Assembly (NCBI GenBank): GCA_964016885.1
Contig: OZ024740.1
Coordinates: forward strand, 38,068,001-38,132,000
Direction: 5' to 3'
Source of the DNA: Eledone cirrhosa
Taxonomy: Eukaryota
Length of the DNA stretch: 64,000 bases
In this document: one piece after another, positions 12,906 to 27,000 of the stretch
How positions within the stretch are numbered: position 1 is the first letter of the stretch
Layout: each line of letters begins with the position of its first letter
Notes under the pieces: model-generated
What the model was told of the DNA's origin: nothing
Seen by the model: the letters and a program-made list of their open reading frames with translations, nothing else
Database searches by the model: none
Translations under genes and position numbers: made by a program

Positions 12906-13370
12906 AGGGTGGTGGATTGGCAGTATCGGTAGAGCGTCGGACACCATGCTTCGTGGCAGAGAGTTACGGCCCTTTACGTTCTGAATTCAAATCTCACTGA
13001 GGTTAGCTTTGCCTTTCATCCTTATGGAGTCGATATAATAAAGCACCAGTGAGTACTAGGGTAGATTTAATCGACTTTCCCCTCCCCTTCAAATTGCTGA
13101 CCTTGTGCCTAAAATAGAAACAATTATTATTATTATTATCAGGGCGGTGGATTGGCAGAATCAGTAGAGTGTCGGACACCATGCTTTGCGGCATATAGTT
13201 ATGTCCCTTTACGTTCTGAGTTCAAATTTCACCGAGGTTAGCTTTGCTTTTCACCCTTATGGGGCTGATAAAATAAAGTACCAGTAATGTACTGGGGTCG
13301 ATTTAATCGACTTTGCCCGCCCCCCAAATTACTGGCCTTGTGCCTATATTAAAAATTATTATTATTATTA
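12906..13370 (+). mobile_element. Head-to-tail dimer of a ~230 bp tRNA-type SINE
   Basis: Two copies begin agggYggtggattggcag. Each has a B-box-like gttcaaat, the central gcctttcatccttatgg..gtcgat..aataaagtaccag and an (att)n tail. Confidence 0.8.
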
Positions 13371-13523
13371 GTAGTAGTAGTAGTGTGTGTGCGTTTGTGT
13401 GCGCATGCGTGCCTGTACACGCATGCATGTGCGTGTGCATTATTTTATGGGAACTAAAACAAAGTTTTGAAAAAAAAAAATTTACTTGAAAAATAAATAT
13501 TATAATAAAGTTCTTTAACTTAC

Positions 13524-14113
13524 TAGTGAAATAACATCAAGAAGGAAGTTACACAATTCACAAAGTTCTATAAAATCAGGCATGTCAGAGGAAGATTCTA
13601 GTTCGGAAAGATTAATCTTTGCTGTCTGAGTTTGCATTGAACTCTTTTGGCAGGCTGATTCAAACATTCTTCCAATAAAGTCCCAAATATAAAAAGGTTC
13701 AAAAGAGTTGAATAACAAATTAGCAGTTTTTAGAAGTTCAGTGACAACTTTCTCATCAGGTTGTTGGGAAGATGTCATCTTAGTATTCGATGGAGATTTA
13801 CACTCTTTATAAAGACTTCGGAAAATAGCCCATAAGACATTCTCTAAGATCACTGCTCCAATTTCAGGTTTATCCAAAAGACTGATGAGAATTCGGAATG
13901 GCTGTAATAAGGAGGCTTTGGTCGATGACTCATCACTAAGATATTCTTGAGAGCAAGAACTTTCATAAAGACGAGCTTTCAGAGATAAAACAAGCAAGTC
14001 TTTTGAAAAAGTATGAAAGTAAGATTGGTCGTTTTCTCCTTTATTGGAAGCAGTAGGATTTTCATTAGAATCATTGGACACGGTAGAGTGACGTTGCCGA
14101 GCATCAATTGCAC
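13524..14113 (-). CDS. DOP1A: Dopey-1 coding exon 5 (GAIDAR...YFHTFSKDLLV...PFRILISLLDKPEIG...FLLDVISL)
   Basis: PFRILISLLDKPEIG motif. Acceptor ttattag, donor gtaagt. 590 nt. The phase-1 start matches exon 4 across a 30.4 kb intron. Confidence 0.95.
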
Positions 14114-14529
14114 CTAATAAGAAAAGAAAGAGAGAAAAACCATTTTAAAATATAGAATTAAGATATTTACATTTCATTTGTATTAAGGTAAATAAAGAAT
14201 AAGAAAATTGTTCTTTATCAACCAATTGAAGCAGTTTACTTTTGATATCAACATCATAATCATACACCATTTTATGTCTACTTTACATGCTTGCATGGGT
14301 TAGATAGGTTGTAATGCTCTGAAGCTAGACAGACAGGTCAGCTGACTGCATCTTGTTCCATTTTGGCATGGTTTCTATAGCTGGATGGATGCCATTCTTA
14401 GCACCAACTACTTCACGGTAGCACCACCACTACCACCCGACAAAGTGCTTTTTTGGTGGCACTAGCCTTACCACTTTACAGAGTGGGCTGGTTGCACTTT
14501 ATTGAAACCAGCACTACCACATTCCAGTA

Positions 14530-14860
14530 TAATAATAATAATGAAATTATTGTGTACAGTGCTCAGGTGCACTACAACTCATCAAAGGTGCATGTATAGT
14601 ACATAGAATAATGTACAAATGTCAGGAAAATGAACAGTGTATGAGTCATGATATAATAATAATAACAATAATGAAATATTGTGTACAGTGCCCAGGTGCA
14701 CCACAACTCATCAAAAAAAGTGCATGTACAGTACATAGGGCAATGCACAACATCAGTAAAATGAACAGTGCACGAGTCATGATACACACGTGTGCATGTG
14801 TATGGAAGGGGTACATCAGGTGTAGTTTTGGCGTATTTTGGGAAGCATGAGTGTCTTAAA
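14530..14860 (-). mobile_element. Two tandem 5'-truncated 3' ends of the CR1 family
   Basis: Reverse complement gatgagttgtggtgcacctg(a/g)gcactgtacacaata..ttcatt(att)n occurs twice and matches 3791-3835. The upstream catgcttccc..cgccaa..ctaca matches 3707-3735. Confidence 0.85.
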
Positions 14861-15042
14861 GCTGAGTGCTGAGCACATTTTATTGTGGTACAAGTAATAC
14901 CATATTTCAACCCTTGCACATTTGTGCCCTTAGCAGGGCTGGGAAGACAGTGATAGAGAGTGAGGTGTAGGGGAATAGATTAGGATTTGGGAAGCCTGTT
15001 ACAAACAACCCTCAATACAGCTTAAATGAAACACACCTGGGT

Positions 15043-18000
15043 CAGTGTTGTTGTTACACACATACACATCCTAGACCATATTACAGTACTGCTCCCACAT
15101 CTGGGACAGTGTTGTTACACACAGACAGACATCCTAGACCACATTACAGTACTGCTCCCACATCTGGGACAGTGTTGTTACACACACAGACATCTTAGAC
15201 CACATTACAGTACTGCTCCCACATCTAGGACAGTGTTGTTACACGCAGACATCCTAGACCACATTACAGTACTGCTCCCACATCTGGGACAGTCTTGTTA
15301 CACACAGACATCCTAGACCATATTACAGTACTGCTCCCACATCTGGGACAGTCTTGTTACACACAGACATCCTAGACCACATTACAGTACTGCTCCCACA
15401 TCTAGGATAGTGTTGTTATACAAAGACATCCTAGACCATATTACAGTACTGCTCCCACATATGGGACAGTGTTGTCACACACAGACATCCTAGACCACAT
15501 TACAGTACTGCTCCCACATCTGGGACAGTGTTGTTACACACAGACATCCTACACCATATTACAGTACTGCTCCCACATCTGGGACAGTGTTGTTACACAC
15601 AGACAGACATCCTAGACCACATTACAGTACTGCTCCCACATCTGGGACAGTGTTGTTACACACAGACATCCTACACCATATTACAGTACTGCTCCCACAT
15701 CTGGGACAGTGTTGTTACACACAGACAGACATCCTAGATCACATTACAGTACTGCTCCCGCATCTAGGACAGTGTTGTTACACACAGACATCCTAGACCA
15801 CATTACAGTACTGCTCCCACATCTGGGACAGTGTTGTTACACACAGACATCCTAGATCACATTACAGTACTGCTCCCGCATCTAGGACAGTGTTGTTACA
15901 CACAGACATCCTAGACCACATTACAGCACTGCTCCCACATCTGGGACAGTGTTGTTACACACAGACATCCTAGACCACATTACAGTACTGCTCCCACATC
16001 TGGGACAGTGTTGTTACACACAGACATCCTACACCATATTACAGTACTGCTCCCACATCTGGGACAGTCTTGTTACACACAGACAGACATCCTAGACCAC
16101 ATTACAGTACATCTCCCACATCTAGGACAGTGTTGTTACACACAGACATCCTACACCATATTACAGTACTGCTCCCACATCTGGGACAGTGTTGTTATAC
16201 ACAGACATCCTACACCATATTACAGTACTGCTCCCACATCTGGGACAGTGTTGTTACACACAGACATCCTACACCATATTACAGTACTGCTCCCACATCT
16301 GGGACAGTGTTGTTATACACAGACATCCTAGACCACATTACAGCACTGCTCCCACATCTGGGATAGTGTTGTTACACAGAGACATCCTAGACCACATTAC
16401 AGTACTGCTCCCACATCTGGGACAGTGTTGTTACACACAGACATCCTAGACCACATTACAGCACTGCTCCCACATCTGGGACAGTGTTGTTACACACAGA
16501 CATCCTAGACCACATTACAGTACTGCTCCCACATCTAGGACAGTGTTGTTACACACAGACATCCTAGACCACATTACAGTACTGCTCCCACATCTGGGAC
16601 AGTGTTGTTACACACAGACATCCTAGACCACATTACAGCACTGCTCCCACATCTGGGACAGTGTTGTTACACACAGACATCCTAGACCACATTACAGTAC
16701 TGCTCCCACATCTAGGACAGTGTTGTTACACACAGACATCCTAGACCACATTACAGTACTGCTCCCACATCTGGGACAGTGTTGTTACACACAGACATCC
16801 TAGACCACATTACAGCACTGCTCCCACATCTGGGACAGTGTTGTTACACACAGACATCCTAGACCACATTACAGTACTGCTCCCACATCTAGGACAGTGT
16901 TGTTACACACAGACATCCTAGACCACATTACAGTACTGCTCCCACATCTAGGACAGTGTTGTTACACACAGACATCCTAGACCACATTACAGTACTGCTC
17001 CCACATCTGGGACAGTGCTGTTACACACAGAGACAGACACCCAAGATCACATTACAGTACTGCTCCCACATCTGGGACAGTGCTGTTACACACAGACATC
17101 CTAGATCACATTACAGTACTGCTCCCACATCTGGGACAGTGTTGTTACACACAGACATCCTAGACCACATTACAGCACTGCTCCCACATCTAGGACAGTG
17201 TTGTTATACACAGACATCCTAGACCACATTACAGTACTGCTCCCACATCTGGGACAGTGTTGTTACACACAGACATCCTAGACCACATTACAGCACTGCT
17301 CCCACATCTAGGACAGTGTTGTTATACACAGACATCCTAGACCACATTACAGTACTGCTCCCACATCTAGGACAGTGTTGTTACACACAGACATCCTAGA
17401 CCACATTACAGTACTGCTCCCACATCTGGGACAGTGCTGTTACACACAGACATCCTAGACCACATTATAGTACTGCTCCCACATCTGGGACAGTGTTGTT
17501 ACACACAGACATCCTAGACCACATTACAGTACTGCTCCCACATCTGGGACAGTGTTGTTACACACAGACATCCTAGACCACATTACAGCACTGCTCCCAC
17601 ATCTAGGACAGTGTTGTTATACACAGACATCCTAGACCACATTACAGTACTGCTCCCACATCTGGGACAGTGTTGTTACACACAGACATCCTAGACCACA
17701 TTACAGTACTGCTCCCACATCTGGGACAGTGTTGTTACACACAGACATCCTAGACCACATTACAGTACTGCTCCCACATCTAGGACAGTGTTGTTACACA
17801 CAGACATCCTAGACCACATTACAGTACTGCTCCCACATCTAGGACAGTGTTGTTATACACAGACATCCTAGACCACATTACAGTACTGCTCCCACATCTG
17901 GGACAGTGTTGTTGCACACAGACATCCTAGACCACATTACAGTACGGCTCCCACATCTGGGACAGTGTTGTTACACACAGACATCCTAGACCACATTACA

Positions 18001-21000
18001 GTACTGCTCCCACATCTGGGACAGTGTTGTTACACACACAGACAGACATCCTAGACCACATTACAGTACTGCTCCCACATCTGGGACAGTGTTGTTCCAC
18101 ACAGACAGACATCCTAGATCACATTACAGTACTGCTCCCACATCTGGGACAGTGTTGTTACACACAGACATCCTAGACCACATTACAGTACTGCTCCCAC
18201 ATCTGGGACAGTGTTGTTACACACAGACATCCTAGACCACATTACAGCACTGCTCCCACATCTGGGACAGTGTTGTTACACACAGACAGACATCCTAGAC
18301 CACATTACAGTACTGCTCCCACATCTGGGACAGTGTTGTTACACACAGACATCCTAGACTACATTACAGTACTGCTCCCACATCTGGGACAGTGTTGTTA
18401 CACACAGACAGACATCCTAGACCACATTACAGTACTGCTCCCACATCTGGGACAGTGTTGTTACACACAGACATCCTAGACCACATTACAGTACTGCTCC
18501 CACATCTGGGACAGTGTTGTTACACACAGACATCCTAGACCACATTACAGTACTGCTCCCACATCTGGGACAGTGTTGTTACACACAGACATCCTAGATC
18601 ACATTACAGTACTGCTCCCACATCTGGGACAGTGTTGTTACACACAGACATCCTAGACCACATTACAGTACTGCTCCCACATCTAGGACAGTGTTGTTAT
18701 ACACAGACATCCTAGACCACATTACAGTACTGCTCCCACATCTGGGACAGTGTTGTTCCACACAGACAGACATCCTAGACCACATTACAGTACTGCTCCC
18801 ACATCTGGGACAGTGTTGTTACACACAGACATCCTAGACTACATTACAGCACTGCTCCCACATCTAGGACAGTGTTGTTACACACACAGACAGACATCCT
18901 AGACCACATTACAGTACTGCTCCCACATCTGGGACAGTGTTGTTACACACAGACATCCTAGACCACATTACAGTACTGCTCCCACATCTAGGACAGTGTT
19001 GTTACACACACAGACAGACATCCTAGACCACATTACAGTACTGCTCCCACATCTGGGACAGTGTTGTTACACACAGACATCCTAGACCACATTACAGCAC
19101 TGCTCCCACATCTGGGACAGTGTTGTTACACACAGACATCCTAGACCACATTACAGTACTGCTCCCACATCTGGGACAGTGTTGTTACACACAGACATCC
19201 TAGACCACATTACAGTACTGCTCCCACATCTAGGACAGTGTTGTTACACACAGACATCCTAGACCACATTACAGTACTGCTCCCACATCTGGGACAGTGT
19301 TGTTACACACAGACATCCTAGACCATATTACAGAACTGCTCCCACATCTAAGACAGTGTTGTTACACACAGACATCCTAGACCACATTACAGTACAGCTC
19401 CCACATCTGGGACAGTGTTGTTACATACAGACATCCTAGACCACATTACAGTACTGCTCCCAAATCTGGGACAGTGTTGTTACACACAGACATCCTAGAC
19501 CACATTACAGTACTGCTCCCACATCTAGGACAGTGTTGTTACACACACAGACAGACATCCTAGACCACATTACACTACTGCTCCCACATCTGGGACAGTG
19601 TTGTTACACACAGACATCCTAGACCACATTACAGTACTGCTCCCACATCTGGGACAGTGTTGTTACACACATACATCCTAGACCACATTACAGTACTGCT
19701 CCCACATCTGGGACAGTGTTGTTACATACAGACATCCTAGACCACATTACAGTACTGCTCCCACATCTGGGACAGTGTTGTTACACACAGACATCCTAGA
19801 CCACATTACAGTACTGCTCCCACATCTGGGACAGTGTTGTTACACATAGACATCCTAGACCACATTACAGTACTGCTCCCGCATCTAGGACAGTGTTGTT
19901 ACACACAGACATCCTAGACCACATTACAGTACTGCTCCCACATCTAGGACAGTGTTGTTACACACAGACATCCTAGACCACATTACAGTACTGCTCCCAC
20001 ATCTAGGACAGTGTTGTTACACACAGACATCCTAGACCATATTACAGTACTGCTCCCACATCTGGGACAGTGTTGTTACACACAGACATCCTAGACCACA
20101 TTACAGTACTGCTCCCACATCTGGGACAGTGTTGTTACACACAGACATCCTACACCATATTACAGTACTGCTCCCGCATCTAGGACAGTGTTGTTACACA
20201 CAGACATCCTAGACCACATACAGTACTGCTCCCACATCTGGGACAGTGTTGTTACACACAGACATCCTAGACCACATTACAGCACTGCTCCCACATCTAG
20301 GACAGTGTTGTTACACACAGACATCCTAGCCCACATTACAGTACTGCTCCCACATCTGGGACAGTGTTGTTACACACAGACATCCTAGACCACATTACAG
20401 TACTGCTCCCACATCTGGGACAGTGTTGTTACACACAGACATCCTAGACCATATTACAGTACTGCTCCCACATCTGGGACAGTGTTGTTACACACAGACA
20501 TCCTAGACCACATTACAGCACTGCTCCGACATCTAGGACAGTGTTGTTACACACAGACATCCTAGCCCACATTACAGTACTGCTCCCACATCTACGACAG
20601 TGTTGTTACACGCAGACATCCTAGACCACATTACAGTACTGCTCCCACATCTGGGACAGTGTTGTTACACACAGACATCCTAGACCATATTACAGAACTG
20701 CTCCCACATCTGGGACAGTGTTGTTACACACAGACATCCTAGACCACATTACAGTACTGCTCCCACATCTGGAACAGTGTTGTTACACACAGACATCCTA
20801 GACCACATTACAGTACTGCTCCCACATCTGGGACAGTGTTGTTACACACAGACATCCTAGACCATATTACAGTACTGCTCCCACATCTGGGACAGTCTTG
20901 TTACACACAGACATCCTAGACCACATTACAGAACTGCTCCCACATCTGGGACAGTGTTGTTACACACAGACATCCTAGACCACATTACAGTACAGCTCCC

Positions 21001-24000
21001 ACATCTGGGACAGTGTTGTTACACACAGACATCCTAGACCACATTACAGTACTGCTCCCACATCTGGGACAGTGTTGTTACACACAGACATCCTAGACCA
21101 CATTACAGTACTGCTCCCACATCTGGGACAGTGTTGTTACACACAGACATCCTAGACCACATTACAGTACTGCTCCCACATCTGGGACAGTGTTGTTACA
21201 CACAGACATCCTAGACCACATTACAGCACTGCTCCGACATCTAGGACAGTGTTGTTACACACAGACATCCTAGCCCACATTACAGTACTGCTCCCACATC
21301 TACGACAGTGTTGTTACACGCAGACATCCTAGACCACATTACAGTACTGCTCCCACATCTGGGACAGTGTTGTTACACACAGACATCCTAGACCATATTA
21401 CAGAACTGCTCCCACATCTGGGACAGTGTTGTTACACACAGACATCCTAGACCACATTACAGTACTGCTCCCACATCTGGGACAGTGTTGTTACACACAG
21501 ACATCCTAGACCACATTACAGTACTGCTCCCACATCTGGGACAGTGTTGTTACACACAGACATCCTAGACCATATTACAGTACTGCTCCCACATCTGGGA
21601 CAGTCTTGTTACACACAGACATCCTAGACCACATTACAGAACTGCTCCCACATCTGGGACAGTGTTGTTACACACAGACATCCTAGACCACATTACAGTA
21701 CAGCTCCCACATCTGGGACAGTGTTGTTACACACAGACATCCTAGACCACATTACAGTACTGCTCCCACATCTGGGACAGTGTTGTTACACACAGACATC
21801 CTAGACCACATTACAGTACTGCTCCCACATCTGGGACAGTGTTGTTACACACAGACATCCTAGATCACATTACAGTACTGCTCCCACATCTGGGACAGTG
21901 TTGTTACACACAGACATCCTAGACCACATTACAGTACTGCTCCCACATCTAGGACAGTGTTGTTATACACAGACATCCTAGACCACATTACAGTACTGCT
22001 CCCACATCTGGGACAGTGTTGTTCCACACAGACAGACATCCTAGACCACATTACAGTACTGCTCCCACATCTGGGACAGTGTTGTTACACACAGACATCC
22101 TAGATCACATTACAGCACTGCTCCCACATCTGGGACAGTGTTGTTACACACAGACATCCTAGACTACATTACAGCACTGCTCCCACATCTAGGACAGTGT
22201 TGTTACACACACAGACAGACATCCTAGACCACATTACAGTACTGCTCCCACATCTGGGACAGTGTTGTTACACACAGACATCCTAGACCACATTACAGTA
22301 CTGCTCCCACATCTAGGACAGTGTTGTTACACACACAGACAGACATCCTAGACCACATTACAGTACTGCTCCCACATCTGGGACAGTGTTGTTACACACA
22401 GACATCCTAGACCACATTACAGCACTGCTCCCACATCTGGGACAGTGTTGTTACACACAGACATCCTAGACCACATTACAGTACTGCTCCCACATCTGGG
22501 ACAGTGTTGTTACACACAGACATCCTAGACCATATTACAGAACTGCTCCCACATCTAAGACAGTGTTGTTACACACAGACATCCTAGACCACATTACAGT
22601 ACAGCTCCCACATCTGGGACAGTGTTGTTACATACAGACATCCTAGACCACATTACAGTACTGCTCCCAAATCTGGGACAGTGTTGTTACACACAGACAT
22701 CCTAGACCACATTACAGTACTGCTCCCACATCTAGGACAGTGTTGTTACACACACAGACAGACATCCTAGACCACATTACACTCCTGCTCCCACATCTGG
22801 GACAGTGTTGTTACACACATACATCCTAGACCACATTACAGTACTGCTCCCACATCTGGGACAGTGTTGTTACATACAGACATCCTAGACCACATTACAG
22901 TACTGCTCCCACATCTGGGACAGTGTTGTTACACACAGACATCCTAGACCACATTACAGTACTGCTCCCACATCTGGGACAGTGTTGTTACACATAGACA
23001 TCCTAGACCACATTACAGTACTGCTCCCACATCTAGGACAGTGTTGTTACACACAGACATCCTAGACCACATTACAGTACTGCTCCCACATCTAGGACAG
23101 TGTTGTTACACACAGACATCCTACACCATATTACAGTACTGCTCCCGCATCTAGGACAGTGTTGTTACACACAGACATCCTAGACCACATACAGTACTGC
23201 TCCCACATCTGGGACAGTGTTGTTACACACAGACATCCTAGACCACATTACAGCACTGCTCCCACATCTAGGACAGTGTTGTTACACACAGACATCCTAG
23301 CCCACATTACAGTACTGCTCCCACATCTGGGACAGTGTTGTTACACACAGACATCCTAGACCACATTACAGTACTGCTCCCACATCTGGGACAGTGTTGT
23401 TACACACAGACATCCTAGACCATATTACAGTACTGCTCCCACATCTGGGACAGTGTTGTTACACACAGACATCCTAGACCACATTACAGCACTGCTCCGA
23501 CATCTAGGACAGTGTTGTTACACACAGACATCCTAGCCCACATTACAGTACTGCTCCCACATCTACGACAGTGTTGTTACACGCAGACATCCTAGACCAC
23601 ATTACAGTACTGCTCCCACATCTGGGACAGTGTTGTTACACACAGACATCCTAGACCATATTACAGAACTGCTCCCACATCTGGGACAGTGTTGTTACAC
23701 ACAGACATCCTAGACCACATTACAGTACTGCTCCCACATCTGGGACAGTGTTGTTACACACAGACATCCTAGACCACATTACAGTACTGCTCCCACATCT
23801 GGGACAGTGCTGTTACACACAGACATCCTAGACCATATTACAGTACTGCTCCCACATCTAGGACAGTGTTGTTACACACAGACATCCTAGACCATATTAC
23901 AGTACTGCTCCCACATCTGGGACAGTCTTGTTACACACAGACATCCTAGACCACATTACAGAACTGCTCCCACATCTAAGACAGTGTTGTTACACACAGA

Positions 24001-27000
24001 CATCCTAGACCACATTACAGTACTGCTCCCACATCTGGGACAGTGTTGTTACACACACAGACAGACATCCTAGACCACATTACACTACTGCTCCCACATC
24101 TGGGACAGTGTTATTACACACATACATCCTAGACCACATTACAGTACTGCTCCCACATCTGGGACAGTGTTGTTACATACAGACATCCTAGACCACATTA
24201 CAGTACTGCTCCCACATCTGGGACAGTGTTGTTACACACAGACATCCTAGCTCACATTACAGTACTGCTCCCACATCTGGGACAGTGTTGTTACACACAG
24301 ACATCCTAAACCACATTACAGTACTGCTCCCACATCTGGGACAGTGTTGTTATACACAGACATCCTAGACCACATTACAGTACTGCTCCCACATCTAGGA
24401 CAGTGTTGTTACACACAGACATCCTAGACCATATTACAGTACTGCTCCCACATCTATGACAGTGTTGTTATACACAGACATCCTAGACCACATTACAGAA
24501 CTGCTCCCACATCTGGGACAGTGTTGTTACACACAGACATCCTAGACCACATTACAGTACTGCTCCCACATCTGGGACAGTGTTGTTACACATAGACATC
24601 CTAGACCACATTACAGTACTGCTCCCACATCTGGGACAGTGTTGTTACACACACAGACACACATCCTAGACCACATTACAGCACTGCTCCCACATCTGGG
24701 ACAGTGTTGTTCCACACACATACAGACATCCTAGACCATATAACAGTACATCTCCCACATCTGGGACAGTGTTGTTACACACAGACATCCTAGACCACAT
24801 TACAATACTGCTCCCACATCTGGGACAGTGTTGTTACACACAGACATCCTAGACCACATTACAGCACTGCTCCCACATCTAGGACAGTGTTGTTACACAC
24901 AGACAGACATCCTAGACCACATTACAGTACTGCTCCCACATCTGGGACAGTGTTGTTACAAACAGACATCCTAGAAAAAACATTACAGCACTGCTCCCAC
25001 ATCTGGGACAGTGTTGTTACACACAGGCATCCTAGACCACATTACAGTACTGCTCCCACATCTGGGACAGTGTTGTTACACACAGACATCCTAGACCACA
25101 TTACAGTACTGCTCCCACATCTGGGACAGTGTTGTTATACACAGACATCCTAGACCACATTACAGCACTGCTCCCACATCTGGGACAGTGTTGTTACATA
25201 CACAGACAGACATCCTAGACCATATAACAGTACATCTCCCACATCTGGGACAGTGTTGTTACATACACAGACAGACATCCTAGACCACATTACAGTACTG
25301 CTCCCGCATCTGGGACAGTGTTGTTACACACAGACATCCTAGACCACATACAGTACTGCTCCCACATCTGGGACAGTGTTGTTACACACAGACATCCTAG
25401 ACCACATTACAGTACTGCTCCCACATCTAGGACAGTGTTGTTACACACAGACAGACATCCTAGACCACGTTACAGTACTGCTCCCACGTCTGGGACAGTG
25501 TTGTTACACACAGACATCCTAGACCACATTACAGTACTGCTCCCACATCTAGGACAGTGTTGTTACACACAGACATCCTAGACCACATTACAGTACTACT
25601 CCCACATCTGGGACAGTGTTGTTACACACAGACATCCTAGACCACATAACAGTACTGCTCCCACATCTGGGACAGTGTTGTTACACACAGACATCCTAGA
25701 CCACATTATAGTACTGCTCCCACATCTGGGACAGTGTTGTTACACACAGAGACAGACACCCAAGATCACGTTACAGTACTGCTCCCACATCTGGGACAGT
25801 GTTGTTACACACACAGACATCTTAGACCACATTACAGTACTGCTCCCACATCTGGGACAGTGTTGTTACACGCAGACATCCTAGACCACATTACAGTACT
25901 GCTCCCACATCTGGGACAGTCTTGTTACACACATACATCCTAGACCACATTACAGTACTGCTCCCACATCTGGGACAGTGTTGTTACATACAGACATCCT
26001 AGACCACATTACAGTACTGCTCCCACATCTGGGACAGTGTTGTTACACACAGACATCCTAGCTCACATTACAGTACTGCTCCCACATCTGGGACAGTGTT
26101 GTTACACACAGACATCCTAGACCACATTACAGTACTGCTCCCACATCTAGGACAGTGTTGTTACACACACAGACAGACATCCTAGACCACATTACACTAC
26201 TGCTCCCACATCTGGGACAGTGTTACACACATACATCCTAGACCACATTACAGTACTGCTCCCACATCTGGGACAGTGTTGTTACACACAGACATCCTAG
26301 ACCACATTACAGTACTGCTCCCACATCTGGGACAGTGTTGTTACACACAGACATCCTAAACCACATTACAGTACTGCTCCCACATCTGGGACAGTGTTGT
26401 TATACACAGACATCCTAGACCACATTACAGTACTGCTCCCACATCTGGGACAGTGTTGTTACATACAGACATCCTAGACCACATTACAGTACTGCTCCCA
26501 CATCTAGGACAGTGTTGTTACACACAGACATCCTAGACCATATTACAGTACTGCTCCCACATCTATGACAGTGTTGTTATACACAGACATCCTAGACCAC
26601 ATTACAGAACTGCTCCCACATCTGGGACAGTGTTGTTACACACAGACATCCTAGACCACATTACAGTACTGCTCCCACATCTGGGACAGTGTTGTTACAC
26701 ACAGACATCCTAGACCACATTACAGTACGGCTCCCACATCTGGGACAGTGTTGTTACACATAGACATCCTAGACCACATTACAGCACTGCTCCCACATCT
26801 GGGACAGTGTTGTTACACACAGACATCCTAGACCACATTACAGTACTGCTCCCACATCTGGGACAGTGTTGTTACACATAGACATCCTAGACCACATTAC
26901 AGTACTGCTCCCACATCTGGGACAGTGTTGTTACACACACAGACACACATCCTAGACCACATTACAGCACTGCTCCCACATCTGGGACAGTGTTGTTCCA

